Positions 22,585-35,734 of a stretch of 64,000 nt of DNA are shown here, in pieces. Origin of the DNA: Leptogorgia sarmentosa. Lineage: Eukaryota. Every line of letters starts with the position of its first letter. The first letter of the stretch is position 1. Under the pieces are notes generated by a model. It was not told the DNA's origin and ran no database searches. It worked only from the letters and a program-made list of their open reading frames with translations. The stretch covers positions 18,910,001-18,974,000 of the forward strand of contig OZ210885.1 in assembly GCA_964658305.1 (NCBI GenBank). The letters are read 5' to 3'. Made by a program: the position numbers and the translations under genes.

Positions 22585-23844
22585 ATGAAGTTCTGGAATT
22601 TTTCTTTATTATATTCCATAATATTTACTCAGTTGTTTCTAAAATGTAATGGTGTTTTGCCTCCTTATTTGCCATCTCTTCAGGCTGGTGTCCCCGAACG
22701 TGATGAGTTAATAAGATATTATTTTAAGATTGGAATTTCTTACTCCGAAATTTTAATGTTCTTGGGATGCCTTCACAACATATATCTAAGTATTCGACAA
22801 TTAAAGAGAATTCTCGCTCGCCTGGGCCTTGGAAGAAGACGCAACCGCTCAAATATTAACGATATTTGTCGTGCAGTGGAGATTGAATTGCGGGGAAGTG
22901 GCAATAGGTTGGGATATAGACTGATGACTCGAAAATTGATCAATGAACACAACCTTTTTGTTGACCAGGAAACGGTAAGGGAGCTTTTAAAAATAATGGA
23001 TCCAGATGGTGTTTCTGCTAGATCACGACATCGTTTACAAAGAAGAGAATATAGAACAGAGGGCCCAAATCACGTTTGGCATATTGATGGCTACGACAAG
23101 TTAAAACCTTTTGGCTTTTGTATTCATGGCGCAATCGATGGATACAGTAGGTGCATAATGTGGTTGGAGGTTGGTCCATCCAACAATAATCCTGGAATAA
23201 TAGCCCATTATTACATTGACTGTGTGGAACAAATGGGCGGTACTGCTAGGATAATACGTGCAGATTGTGGGACGGAAAATGTTCATGTTGCAGCCTTACA
23301 ACGTTTCTTTCACGACGACAATGACAGTTTTCTTTACGGAAAATCTTGTTCGAATCAGCGAATTGAAGCCTTTTGGGGAATACTAAGAAGGAGTTGCATT
23401 GATTGGTGGATATGTTACTTTAAAGATCTGCGGGATAGTGGTTTGTTTTGTGACAATGATGACTTACAGGCTGAGTGCCTTAAATTTTGTTTTATGGCTA
23501 TAATACAACAGGAGCTTTACATGTTTTCACAACAGTGGAATTTACACAAAATACAAAAATCTACAAATCCAGAGTCACCAGATGGACGGCCTGATGTTCT
23601 CTATTTTCTGCCTGAAGCCACTTCTTCAAGAGATCTGCTAACTCCTGTCGCACCAGATGAGATCGAAATAGCACATGATCGATGTTGTGTTCAGCCAACA
23701 CAATTTGGATGTAGCACTGAATTTTCTGAGCTTGCATTATTTATAATGCAAGAAAAGAATCTTGCGATGCCAAATAGCACAGAGGAAGCCATCACTTTGT
23801 ATACCAAGTTGATTGAACTGATTGAGGAAATTCAAAACGAATAG
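22585..23844 (+). CDS. Intact IS3EU-type DDE transposase (419 aa)
   Basis: SIRQLKR helix-turn-helix region, WHIDGYDKLKPFGFCIHGAIDGYSR, RADCGTEN, NQRIEAFW; uninterrupted. Confidence 0.92.
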   Translation: MKFWNFSLLYSIIFTQLFLKCNGVLPPYLPSLQAGVPERDELIRYYFKIGISYSEILMFLGCLHNIYLSIRQLKRILARLGLGRRRNRSNINDICRAVEIELRGSGNRLGYRLMTRKLINEHNLFVDQETVRELLKIMDPDGVSARSRHRLQRREYRTEGPNHVWHIDGYDKLKPFGFCIHGAIDGYSRCIMWLEVGPSNNNPGIIAHYYIDCVEQMGGTARIIRADCGTENVHVAALQRFFHDDNDSFLYGKSCSNQRIEAFWGILRRSCIDWWICYFKDLRDSGLFCDNDDLQAECLKFCFMAIIQQELYMFSQQWNLHKIQKSTNPESPDGRPDVLYFLPEATSSRDLLTPVAPDEIEIAHDRCCVQPTQFGCSTEFSELALFIMQEKNLAMPNSTEEAITLYTKLIELIEEIQNE

Positions 23845-24149
23845 ACTTCAATTACATATCGTTATTACATTGCAGGGTTATGATGGTGGAGTATATTTAT
23901 AAACAAAAGATTATTTATATTTAAGATTATATAAGATTTATAAGATTATATTTAAAAAAAAAGATTCTCAACATCGATCGTAGATTCTTAACGTAGATTC
24001 CTAGATTCTTAACAACCCCCCACCATAAAACGAGATAAGGTTGTATGGATGTTCAGATCAATGCAAGAATATCACACAAAGTAAACATGCAGTTCCATGA
24101 ATTTACTGTAATTGATATCAAAATGTAGGACATTTGACATAACGTGAAT

Positions 24150-24930
24150 ATATTAGGCCATATCATCTAACAAATATATTGAATCAGCTCGAAGCTAAAG
24201 GCTGATCGAGGCCATAGTTCCTCATATTCTACGAAAACCGAATTCAATAATTGTTCTAATTATTTATGTAGTTATATATCGGACTTTATCGGGCTAAACG
24301 CTTGCATAATAAACAGGAACATGCTTGCTATACTTTTCTTTGAAGAAGCCATTTGTATTGTCTCGCTTTTGGGAAAACCTGCATAAATTAGTGTTACGTC
24401 ACAAGATCAAATCGGTGTTTTCAATATACAATATATGACGATTTCATCCACAGTGCTTAACCAATTAAAACCCTTGAATTATTTTACAATAAATAATAAT
24501 ATTTATTATTCATTGAAAATTATAAAAGAGTTTTGATCAGTTAAGAGGTGTCGAAGAAATCGTCATATACATTCGGTAGATGCCCAAATTTGGACATTAC
24601 CATTGAACATCGGAAAACATTACATTGTGACGTAATATGGTTGTCTATCGAAAACACATAGATGACCTTATAACCTCAGCTAATTTATGCTGCCTGCGAC
24701 AAAAGCGGGAAAATACTAATGGTTTTCTAACGGGAAAATTCATGTTCACAACGCAAACGCTTACGCTAAGTCCGATATACAAATAAATATGAAACAATTA
24801 TTGATTTGGCTCTCGTAGGATATGAAGGATTAGTAAGGCCTTGCCCGTCTTGGTTTGTGTAACTGTTATCTGCCGGAGTTGAAGAATTCCATATATCCTA
24901 CTCGCCAAGTCGATCTTATTCAATAACTGT
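24150..24930. repeat. Degenerate short interspersed repeats between the two IS3EU genes
   Basis: Related motif CTCATATTCTACGAAAACCGAATTCAATAATTGTT (~24221) and its reverse complement (~24795-24825); resembles non-autonomous Crypton-type repeats. Confidence 0.4.
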
Positions 24931-25058
24931 TTACAAGCCTAAAATTTAACCTTAAATGCAGTTAACAAAATATGAACCTTATATGAACCAAAATGTGCAT
25001 TTAACAAAATACGGCCACTATGAACCTTTGATTAATATTAGCCATGTCAGGGTACATA

Positions 25059-28000
25059 TTAGGGAATTCCAAAGCCTCGTCCATTTTGAATTCCGAAGGT
25101 CATATCTGCTTTGAACTCTTCATACGTGGTGTGCACGACTGGAAGACGCAAAATATCAGAGCACGTGTTTGCTTTAGGAAACCTTGACTTCCCTCCCCAT
25201 TCCTCATCATCATGCAAAAATTCAATTGTAGGATAAATCTTTCTCGCAGGTAAAACTTTGCATCCCGTTGTAAAGAATAGAATGTCGTTGAGTTGAACTG
25301 GTGCGTCTCCTTCTTCAATATCTTGCAGATAATCTCGCCAGCGGGAAAGAACCAAACTTTCAAGAACAGCTTTGTTTGAGCCAATGGGGCTATCATAAAC
25401 TTTAAATAGATCATCAAGTGTGTCAGCGGTGAGATTTGAAGGAGAATAGCAGAATGAGGACTGGAAGGCTCCTGGATTACTTCTAATCGCATCAAACACT
25501 CCCAAAACGGAAAGACCATTTTCGAAAGCCTCGATAGACACAGTACAACGGCCAATGACATACCATTTTGCTGTTAAAACCGCAATTTTCTTGCTGTCGT
25601 CTGTAGTTTTGACTGGTGTTAAGGTTCCTGCAAGGTCCAAGATAGTCATCAATTTCTCGTTTTCCAAAATTTCCATGGCAGCAGCTACAGTAGGGGCATT
25701 GTGAAGTGATGTCAGACAATTCTGCAGTTCTTTGTCATACACTTCGTCAAAATCTATAACAATGCCTCTTTGCCCATGGACAAGAACTTGAAACATTTTT
25801 GAAGCAAGACACCGAGGTCCAGGTCCACCGTTAACAAGGGACATGGCTATTATTAGTCCTGCATAATAATACTCATTTTGTTCCACGCTACTGGCTTGAT
25901 AAGATAAGAATTTAGCATTATCGGGTCCACAGAAGAGTTGGGAAGTAAGCATCCACTGCGTCACAAGCGTAAAATATTCCTTCATGGGTCCTCCCATGTC
26001 AACCGCCCCTTCACTCTTACCCGCGTCATCCGTAAATTTGACTGACACTTTGTTATTCGGGGAAAACGATTTTCGTGACAGTGCTCGTTTAGTTCCTTCC
26101 CAAATAAAGTTTCTTGAAATATTGAATTTGGAAATGCAATCCATATTGATTTTCATGGCCAGTTTTATTAAAATCTCATCTGCAGTCCTTCGAACATCCT
26201 TGATAACACTAAAATCGGCCACATTAGATTGACTGGCATTCATCTTATCCTCGTTGGCACTCGTAGCTATATCATCAAGGTTGCTACATGAATTTGTCGT
26301 ATCCAAAAGAGACGCGTAATATGTGTCCAAGCAACTTTCATTTGTTCTCTCATCATCTGAGCTTCTAAAATAAATTGGGTGATGAAGTTTATTTGGATTC
26401 CTGTTTTGTAGAATCCGCTATAGGTACTTGTTTTACAGTTTTAATTAAAATTATTATTGTAGAAACAACTCACAGCTGTCTATTTAACAATTAGACAACG
26501 AGGCCGAGTTGTCTAATTGTTTTAGTATACACTCTATGCCCAGAATTATTTATATCAAGAAAATTCTTCAGAAACCTCAGCAAAACGCGAGTTTTCTGCA
26601 GTAGCCATATTGTTTTCCTTTGCTTTTTCGCGAACCGTGGTCTATTTAACAAATAGACAACGGCTGAGTAGCCAATCAGAATGTAGCATTTGTAAAAGAC
26701 GATCGTTGGGTGTATACTAATAATAAATATGACTTGCTGAGGTGTCCGAAAATCAAATTTTTGATTATTAATTAAAACAGGGACGTAGGTAATAAGGATT
26801 TTCTTGATTTCTTGTAAATAAAACTCAGGCATGTGAGAGAGTGAACTGACGTTCCACTGAAAAGGCAAGTTTTGGTTCAACTCTAGTGGAGGATTGTAAT
26901 TTCACAATTCTGGAGATTAGAGTGAAGTTTTATATATTGAATACATGCACTATGAATTCTAAACGTCATACCTAGTTTCTGTACATTCTGTGTGTGAGGT
27001 AGACGTTTCTGAAGAGCTCGCCGCACTGTAACAGAATATACAATTACAATTATTAATATACATATATGACATACAATTCGTAGTATAATATACAATATTC
27101 ATCAGCATTTTGGGATGAAAAACATCAGTAATTATAATGTTATATCCAGCTTGCGCAATTATTGTATGCGCACAAGATACACAAAACATTCACACTTATC
27201 GCCCAACGGTTACCTGTTGGGGAACACTTGGCCAAACCCTAAAAATTGAACTTCATCATCTGATTCCAAGAGAGATGGCGTTCCGTCTAAAGATTCAACC
27301 ATGTTCAGGGTACGCTTATCATGTACAGGACTGCTGGGTTGAAGGGTATTTCCAGTTGACGGGTCAGTTAAAATAAAATGTGCGGGGTCAATGCTAAGTG
27401 AGCCTGCCCAGTCATAAACAGCATACATCTTGCTGTCAAAAGGGAGCCGCCTAGAAACAATTCCTAAAGATGGATGTCTAATCTTGACAGTAACAAAGTT
27501 GCTTGTGCTAGGTTCTGGCACCACTCGAGCTCTACGTGCATCCTGAAGTTGTTCCTTGAGCTTTCTATCAGCAGTCTTCATATTATCCGCTGCAAGGGTC
27601 TTCTGATATTCTTCATCCTGCTTCTCCCTCAACAACTTTCGATCTTCAGTTGTTCCAATTAATGAAAATGATAATTCTTTTACTTCATCAATTTGCGGCT
27701 GTGTCAAATCCTCCTTGCATTGAACAACAAAAAGATAAATATTGAATGTACACAAAAGAATTACTTAACATGTACGCAGCACACTGTAACAATCATCCAA
27801 ATTTTCCACACTAATTTACAAATCGTAAATTAAAATACCATGGTCGAACTTACATCAATTCGACTAAGACTTAAAATCCTATTAAAACTCAAGCAATTAT
27901 CCAAAACAAGACATCGAACTGAGTAAACAACGCATGTCGACTGGACTCAAATCTGAGTCCGACTTGCTTGTGGGGAAAGGTAATAAAGAGTCACTAACCT

Positions 28001-29555
28001 CGGGCCCATAATCAAATGGTGAATACTCGAAAGCATCATCGCTATCTTCGTCTACGTGTACCTTTTTTGTTCTAAGGTATATTCGAACTGTTTTAATCTT
28101 ATGAAGTTCCATATAGTTGCTGATGCTGAATGGTAAAACGCGATCTCCAATTCGTATAGTTTCATTAATTTTTTCATCTTTAAAATTGGCAACATCCATT
28201 ATCATTTCCTCTGATGCTCCAAATATTGACTGTTCATTCGGAAAGAATAGGTCCTTGCACATTTTCATTAACTCGGTTCTATTGATGTTTACTGGAACAT
28301 CAACTGTTCTACTGCCTCCTCCTTTTGCTAAAGGAACAAGCACGTATACACTGTTTTGATCTCGAAAATGTTTCCAGCCAAGATGAATTTTTTTCATTTT
28401 GATTTTGTTCATCTGTCTTTCTTGTTGGAGTGAAAGCTCGTTTTTTATAGGGGGTTTTCCAGACGTTTTCGTCGTTTTTTTCCGTGACAAGAATGATTCA
28501 AGTAGAGCCCTTCTCTTTTTGTTGGACTCCTCATTTATTGATGTTGTATTGCCATGACTGTTACTGTCCAAACTTTTGCAGTATGCAATTAGGTTTAATC
28601 TGTCCCCTACTTTGGTCAGCCCAAGTTCTTCTAAGACTTGACCAGATGCATTTGCTACTGCACAAATATCCATCTAAATATTGAGCGATATAACAAAATG
28701 TAACAAATGTGGGGAAATTAAGGTTACACAGTATTCCTAAATACTACGGAATACCAGTATACTGTCTATTTTGTTTTTGACACACCCCCCCATTAAATGG
28801 CTCTGTGCCAAAAGAAAACGCATTTAGAGACTCTTTAATTTTAATATGTTTTCGCGCATGGGATATCTTCTCTCCAAGCGTTAGCTATGTTTCGAGTAAA
28901 ATTAATTTTAATTAATAATAATTTTATATAATTAATTTTAATAATAATTTTATTCGAGTATAAATAAGATTTATGCGCAGGATGTGGGTATGTATGTATG
29001 TTATAATTGCCGATTCCCAAGGTCATATTTTCCTTACCTAGTATTTCAACACCAAACTTTGCAATTTTACTAAATTTAGGAAGCACTTTCAAGCTGTTGT
29101 GATAATAGAATTTATGTTTCGAATTGTTTTGAAATTTGGTTTAAAAGGTAAATGCCCATCTCTTTTGTACTTGGTCAATGAATTATTAATCAGTTTGACA
29201 AATTGTGTTAATACCTAAAAGTTCTCGCGTTTGAGGAATTATGATGTGTACTGTACCTTCTCGGACTCGAATTTGTCTATGACAGTTTGTTCGATTCCTC
29301 TGTCTACCAAAAAATCCTTTATCTGTTACAGTAGAATTGATAATACAGTGTGAACTCAATGCATCAATCACATTCACAACATTACAATTAGTAATAATAA
29401 TAGCAATAATTAGATAAACAATGAACATATTTGCAGGCTTTTTGTTCAGATAAATTGTGTATTACTGTTAAAATATGCACATGACGTACCTTTTTGAAGG
29501 AGTCTGTCGCACCCTTGCGCCCTTCGAATACGAATTCGTTACTTACGCCCTCCAT
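25059..29555 (-). CDS. Multi-exon G2E3-like HECT E3 ubiquitin ligase with N-terminal SAM-like and central UBX-like domains
   Basis: Putative exons 29555-29490, 28673-~28000, ~27714-27213, ~27027-26972, ~26365-25059; LEELGLTKVGDRLNL, VKIRHPSLGIVSRRLP..MYAVYDWAGS, EGAVDMGGPMKEYF, FPKANTCSDILRLP with catalytic Cys; internal exon borders approximate. Confidence 0.8.
26481..26722. repeat. Short intronic repeat with hairpins
   Basis: AACAATTAGACAAC-GAGGCCGA-GTTGTCTAATTGTT hairpin; repeated TCTATTTAACAA; AGTATACAC/GTGTATACT inverted pair. Confidence 0.55.
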
Positions 29556-29659
29556 TCCAGAACTGATTCCAAAGACGGTTTCTGTATATTAACGACCGTA
29601 CCGGAAATGACCTGCCGAGAGCGGAAATAGCAGAAACCCGACATTAACAAAACTGACTG

Positions 29660-29725
29660 TCGAGACACGGGAAAAAAGTCGAGACACGGGAAAAAAGTCG
29701 AGACACGGGAAAAAAGTCGAGACAC
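29660..29725 (-). repeat. Inverted copies of the 20-bp IS3EU subterminal unit
   Basis: GTCGAGACACGGGAAAAAA x3.5 is the reverse complement of the 22178-22462 unit. Confidence 0.93.
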
Positions 29726-29937
29726 TTCACTTACACAGTCGCTTCAGCAATCAGAACTCCCCACAAATCGCCAAAAATTCGAGGATAGCCAATCAGATTG
29801 CTAGAAACGGCCCAATTCACGCGTTGATCTTCATTTTCAAAGGCCAAGCAACTGAATGATATTTCAGAACTGGACTGTTAACTTACAATGCGTGAAGTTT
29901 AACAACTGGAAACAAAGTTTAACAAAGTTTCCTAGTG

Positions 29938-30352
29938 TATGGCACAATGCACAACAATATTTTCCAATGCACAACAAAATATTTCTCAGTACACAACAAA
30001 ATATTTCTCAGCGCACAACAAAATATTTTCTTGGTGCACAACAAAACATTTTTCAGTGCACCGATATTTTTTTCAACGCACCAATATTTTTTTCGATACT
30101 GGTGCCAAACGGAAGCATGTTTGTGAATATGTCCCAGCATGATGATGTTGTCATTGTGTGTGGTTCGATAAACGTCAAGTAATTGGTTCTTTAAAATATG
30201 TTTTGTTCTCTTGCGGTTCTCTTGTGCAAGAAACATTTAACTTTTGTTCAAGTTGTGGGGAACGCTTGCCAAAGAAATTAAAGTTTCAATTTAGCTCAGA
30301 GAAGAACATGAAGCCCAAAAAATCCCTGGTACCGAAGAAGAGTTGGTCTTGA
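29938..30352 (+). mobile_element. Terminal fragment of another IS3EU-like element
   Basis: TATGGCAC start, GCACAACAAAATATTT subterminal repeats, then broken zinc-ribbon ORF (SCGS...FNFCSSCGE). Confidence 0.5.
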
Positions 30353-30964
30353 GGAAGTATAAGGAATAGCTAGGCCGCCCATATTCCAAATTGACTCTTT
30401 ACCTAAGCCCAGTGCCCGAAAACTAAATCAGTGACAAAGAAGATGAGTTTATGAGCATCAATGAAACAAAAATAATTTACGATGAAAACAATTTGATCGA
30501 TATTACTGAAACAACAATAGAGTATACACTAGACGTGAATGTAGATGAGTTGCCTAACCATGAGGCAAATCTCAGCTCTTTCATGGCAGATTTTTTGTAA
30601 GTAATAAGCCATTTTATTATATGGCAAGTGTTCTGAGCGGTCCGTCTGCTAAAATACAGCATCCTGATTGGTTCCTGAGCGGTCGGTAACCTGCAGTACG
30701 GACCGCTCGCGTTTAGCGACGTCGGTTGTTTATTGAATCAAGCGACAACGAAGACGAAATAAGTTAAAAACATGTTTGAACATTCTGTTCTTTTTTTGTT
30801 TTAACATTTTGTTCTTTTTTTTGGTAGCCAATAACATTTTAGAGAACAATTTTTAGCGAACTTCTTCAGCTGTTCTTATATTAATTAGCCGTTTACCGGC
30901 TTTGTTCATAGTGTTGAATTGTTGTAAACGAGTTTTGTTTATCTTTTGCCATATAATAAATAGC

Positions 30965-31125
30965 TTATTGACTGAGTTTGTTCGATCCGTACTGGAGGAT
31001 ACTGCACGGTCTCGTTCTTTTCTCGCTTGTTTATGGACCTCGCCTTCGGCTTGGTCCATAAACAAGCGAGAAAAGAACTCGACCGTGCAGTATCCTCCAG
31101 TACGGACCTCACACTCAGTCAATAA
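30965..31125. repeat. ~160-bp near-perfect palindrome
   Basis: TTATTGACTGAG...CCGTACTGGAGGATACTGCACGGTC...TTATGGACC pairs with GGTCCATAA...GACCGTGCAGTATCCTCCAGTACGG...CTCAGTCAATAA. Confidence 0.9.
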
Positions 31126-31374
31126 CATATATATACCATGCACGATATAGATCCTAACTTCCTTTTTTATTGACCAATCAAATTTTATATTTTATTTTTG
31201 AGCAATGTGATTGGTAGATGAAACTGGAAGTTAGGAACTTTTTAAGTAACTTTTCTTATTGTTGAGGAATTGTTCAGCGGAACTCCTCACTGCAAATAGT
31301 GAATACTGTAGTATTGATTGGTTTTCTAAGCCATTACTTGGGATATAGTTCATAATGTGTCTGTTAGCTGTAAT

Positions 31375-31874
31375 CAGGGTGTTAGTCAGTATTTCAAAGT
31401 TGGCCGTTCAAAATAATTTTGTTGGCATGGCCAAAACATTTTATGCGCGTGGTCACATGTTCATGTGGGCGTGGTCATGTGTCTTAGGCTGTAGCTGCAA
31501 TTTTTTTTGAAATGTGGTATTCTATTCGTTACTATAATATGGAGACATTTTTCTCTTTTTTAAACATTTGGCACATTTTATAGCAACCTTTACCGTAAAC
31601 TGTAAGGCTGTAAATCTTTGGCATGTGCGCTAAAATGATGGCTGAAACAGCGGTTTCAAATTATTCCAATATGGATACTTGATGCAAGAATTGTTAAAAT
31701 GGTTAAACAAACATAGCAAAGTAAAGTAAACAGCAGATGATGACAATTTGAAGTATTCAAGAAATATTACAAAGAAAAATATTCCCTTAGGCCACCCATA
31801 GGCTGTTCAGTAAATTTTAGCCGTCCAAATTGAGAAGTGGCTGTCCGTAGAACGGCCGCCTGGCTATCACCCTG
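31375..31874. mobile_element. Probable hAT-type MITE
   Basis: CAGGGTGTTAGTCAG / CTGGCTATCACCCTG imperfect TIRs; TSD not convincing. Confidence 0.5.
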
Positions 31875-33531
31875 GCTATATTTTTTCGTATTTTAGAACA
31901 GTTCATCAGGTCATCCTGGTAAGGTATTATACCTGGACCTTCGAATGTAATGGGTCTATGCTGTACGTTTTCAATCTACAAATCAAACAGTCTTCATTAA
32001 TTAACATCTCTTAAGAGCGGAATTGTGTTGCAACCAATTTTCTGTGCCACACCGCCACACACCCTGGATGATAATTAGTTGAATTTGGTTCCAGCGGATA
32101 ATACATCATAGAAAAAAGTCGGAACTGATTATTATTCACAAGAACCCGGCAATTAATCGAAATAGGTATAATTAATTATTCCCCTATTGTATGTGAGCAA
32201 AGAATAAAGATTGCATGCACATACCATGGTCTTTCTTTCTCCATTAACAATTCTGAATAGGATTTGTCCCATTCGTACTCTATTCCTAAATCCCCGCGAT
32301 TTTAGTGTTTCTTAAGCTTCAACACTTCAACACGCTAACCCGAATCCCTGTCTTATTCTCAGTTGGCATTCGACTTAAGGTTCTAATACAGGAGTAACGT
32401 CTTTGTAAATCAAATGAAATAGATACAATGTCACATCGATGTCACATCGACTGAAGTGGCCCTTTCATGCCTAGACGTCAAGGAAGCACCTAAAAAGTAA
32501 AAATAACATGTGTTTTGTGCTGAGATTTTTCATGTTTGTACTGTAGGTCACAGGACTGGTATGAATCATTTGTTCACTGGACGAATGTTTCAATTAAGAA
32601 CTTGCTCAGCTTCACGTATCTCTTTATTTTCGAAAACAGACAAAAAACGATCACAACCTTTCAACACCTCCATTGGTCAATCCCACATTTTTGCATTGTC
32701 TTAAGCTATACTTCGCCTTAAAAAAGAAAAAGTTATGAGTATTCATCACCCTTTATCAGGCTAACACTCAGGTATAAGCACTGAATCAATAGAAATGTAG
32801 TTACAGACACTAATTGACCACTGTGAAGTTGTCACAACATTCATCACGACATTCATCACGACATTCGTCACAACATTCATCGCACATTCGTAAGCAGATT
32901 AAATCTGCTGATAAAGACCACATGTTGCGCGCTTACTATTTACCATCATTTAAAAGTTTTAACAGTTAAAGTATACTATTTCTTGAGCATATTTAACAAA
33001 TTCTTCATGTTCTAACCTGCCCTAAATTCCCAAAATAGTTTCGAGAAGGTTTAGGTAATAATGACTACGAAACCTTTCGGATTCAAAGTCTCTTCTTGTT
33101 TGATATATACAATTAGTAGTTTACACCTTATATGCTACAGGCCCGACATTTAGTAAGTGTCTAATACTGAAATTTAGTAAGTGTCCAAATTTATACTTTT
33201 AATCACCGTATATATACATATATATATAAGAGAATGTGCACACCGATGTGCAGAAGCTATATGATATAAAGAACCTTAATAATTAGGGGATAACTGGCCT
33301 GTGGCTCACTACATATAACATCTAATAATAGATCTCCATATATTGTAATTACATTCAAACAGAAACTAATTCTTTATACTGAAGAACGTTAATAAGTTAC
33401 AAAACTTAAAGTCCTTGTTTCAACCTGAGAAACAAATTAATGAAACTCATTTATCTTAATTCGAATTGTTCGAATACCAGACATACAATTTTCACTTCAA
33501 ACTATACTTAAAAACATTTCATTGACAATCC

Positions 33532-34898
33532 CAACAATGTATTGCTTGCCTTTAATATTTTTATACACTGCCTTGTTTTTGCCATTTTAAAGCAAAGGTG
33601 TGATATGAGAATTAGTCTGCAACTCAAACGGAAATCCATGTGAACTTCAAGTCCTTTTTTTCATTACCTATTCTATAGAATTTTTTTATTTTCACATATG
33701 TCATTCAGAAAACACTGATATATTATACAATGTATAGCTTGGCCTGGGGACCGAATGATATCAATGCGTTTTTTTACTTTGAACATTGATGTAATATGAT
33801 GCGTTTCTGAGGAATGCGCATGTTAAATTTCAAGCCTTTTTCTCGCTTCATTCTAGCCATAGATTTTTCATTTTGCAATATATTATACATATTACAATGA
33901 TAATTCCAACAATGTATTGCTTGTCCTAAATATTTTTATACACTGCCGTGTTTTTGCCATTTTAAAGTAAAGGTTTGATATGAGAATTAGTCTTCAACTC
34001 AAACGGAAATGCATGTGAACTTCAAGTCCTTTTTTTCATTACCTATTCTATAGAAATTTTTTATTTTCACATATGTTATTCAGAAAACATCGATATATCA
34101 TACAATGTATAGCTTGGCCTGGGGACCGAATGATATCAATGCGTTTTTTTACTTTGAACATTGATGTAATATGATGCGTTTCTGAGGAATGCGCATGTTA
34201 AATTTCAAGTGTTTTTCTCGCTTCATTCTAGCCATAGATTTTTCATTTTTGCAATATACTATACATATTTCAATGATAATTTCAACAATGTATTGCTTGT
34301 CCTTAATATTTTTATACACTGCCGTGTTTTTGCCATTTTAAAGCAAAGGTGTGATATGAGAATTAGTCTGCAACTCAAACGGAAATGCATGTGAACTTCA
34401 AGTCCTTTTTTTCATTACCTATTCTATAGAATTTCTTTATTTTCACATATGTTATTCAGAAAACATCGATATATCATACAATGTATAGCTTAGCCTGGGG
34501 ACCGAATGATATCAATGCGTTTTTTTACTTTGAACATTGATGTAATATGATGCGTTTCTGAGGAATGCGCACGTTAAATTTCAAGTCTTTTTCTCGCTTC
34601 ATTCTAGCCATAGATTTTTCATTTTTGCAATATATTATACATATTACAATGATAATTCCAACAATGTATTGCTTGCCTTTAATATTTTTATACACTGCCG
34701 TGTTTTTGGCACTTTTTGCCACTTTAAAGTAAAGGTGTGATATGATTATTAGTCTGCAACTCAAACGGAAGTGCATGTGAACTTCAAGTCCTTTTTTTCA
34801 TTACCTATTCTATAGAATTTTTTTATTTTCACATATGTTATTCAGAAAACACTGATATATCAAACAATGTATAGCTTGGCCTGGGGACCGAATGATAT
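33532..34898 (+). repeat. ~375-bp tandem repeat, ~3.6 copies (left arm of foldback)
   Basis: CAACAATGTATTGCTTG at 33532, 33907, 34283, 34659. Confidence 0.93.
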
Positions 34899-35734
34899 GA
34901 AATTTTTGAATTTGAACTAGCGTGTGCAAGATCGTGAGAGTTTTGTATTCACTGTATTTTTCAATTCCGAACGTTAACAGTGCACTGCCATGATCAATTA
35001 AGTAATAAATTATACGCGCACTATCAACGATCGAATTAACCAAAATTGTGGTCAAATAGCTAACAAAAATTTCATTGAATAATTTCATGTAGCTTTATCT
35101 GATAATTATCAAAAAAGCCATGACTTCTGACTGCAAGAAAAAAAAATTGAAATTGGATGAATTTCACATTCTTGGATCATGTGCTAGCTGTATATTCTGA
35201 ATTGTTCCACCAATGGATAAATAATATCATAAGTTATATTCTTCTATTCAGTTATATTTATTTCATGTAAGCGTATAGCAAAACTACGAGAACTATTAGG
35301 ATTAAAGATTGTTCCTAATCAATCAAAACCGATTTGTTAATAACTATCACACTAATCAATACCATATCTCATTGAATCCACGTAATATGTATAGATAAAC
35401 TGTCTAGTGTAAATATAGATACTTATATAATATAGCTATAAAACGATTCAATTCGATTATTTTCTTCATTCATTTTCAAAGTGAAAAAAACACATTTATA
35501 TCTTTCTGTCCCGAAGGCTAGCCATGTATTGTGCATGTGCTAAATGTCATTTTCAAACTAATATATACAAAAATAAAAAACTTCTACAGATCTGGTAATC
35601 ATAAAAAATACGTTAAAAATCAGCTAGCATGCGTTTTCGTTCGACCTGAAACTAATTCTCAACTTATTTTCACTTTGAAAAAGAAAAGAATACGTATTAT
35701 AGGCATGTTACACATTATTTGAAATATCAATTAA

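Larger units (their letters stand above)
22130..29725 (+). mobile_element. IS3EU-like DNA transposon with two convergent genes; right tip missing
   Basis: Starts TACGGAGCC; ~20-bp repeat array on the left and the same unit inverted at 29660-29725; transposase and HECT gene inside. Confidence 0.8.

Noticed and set aside
29186..29428. Short secreted-looking ORF in the HECT gene intron
   Set aside because: 80 aa, AT-rich, no motif support
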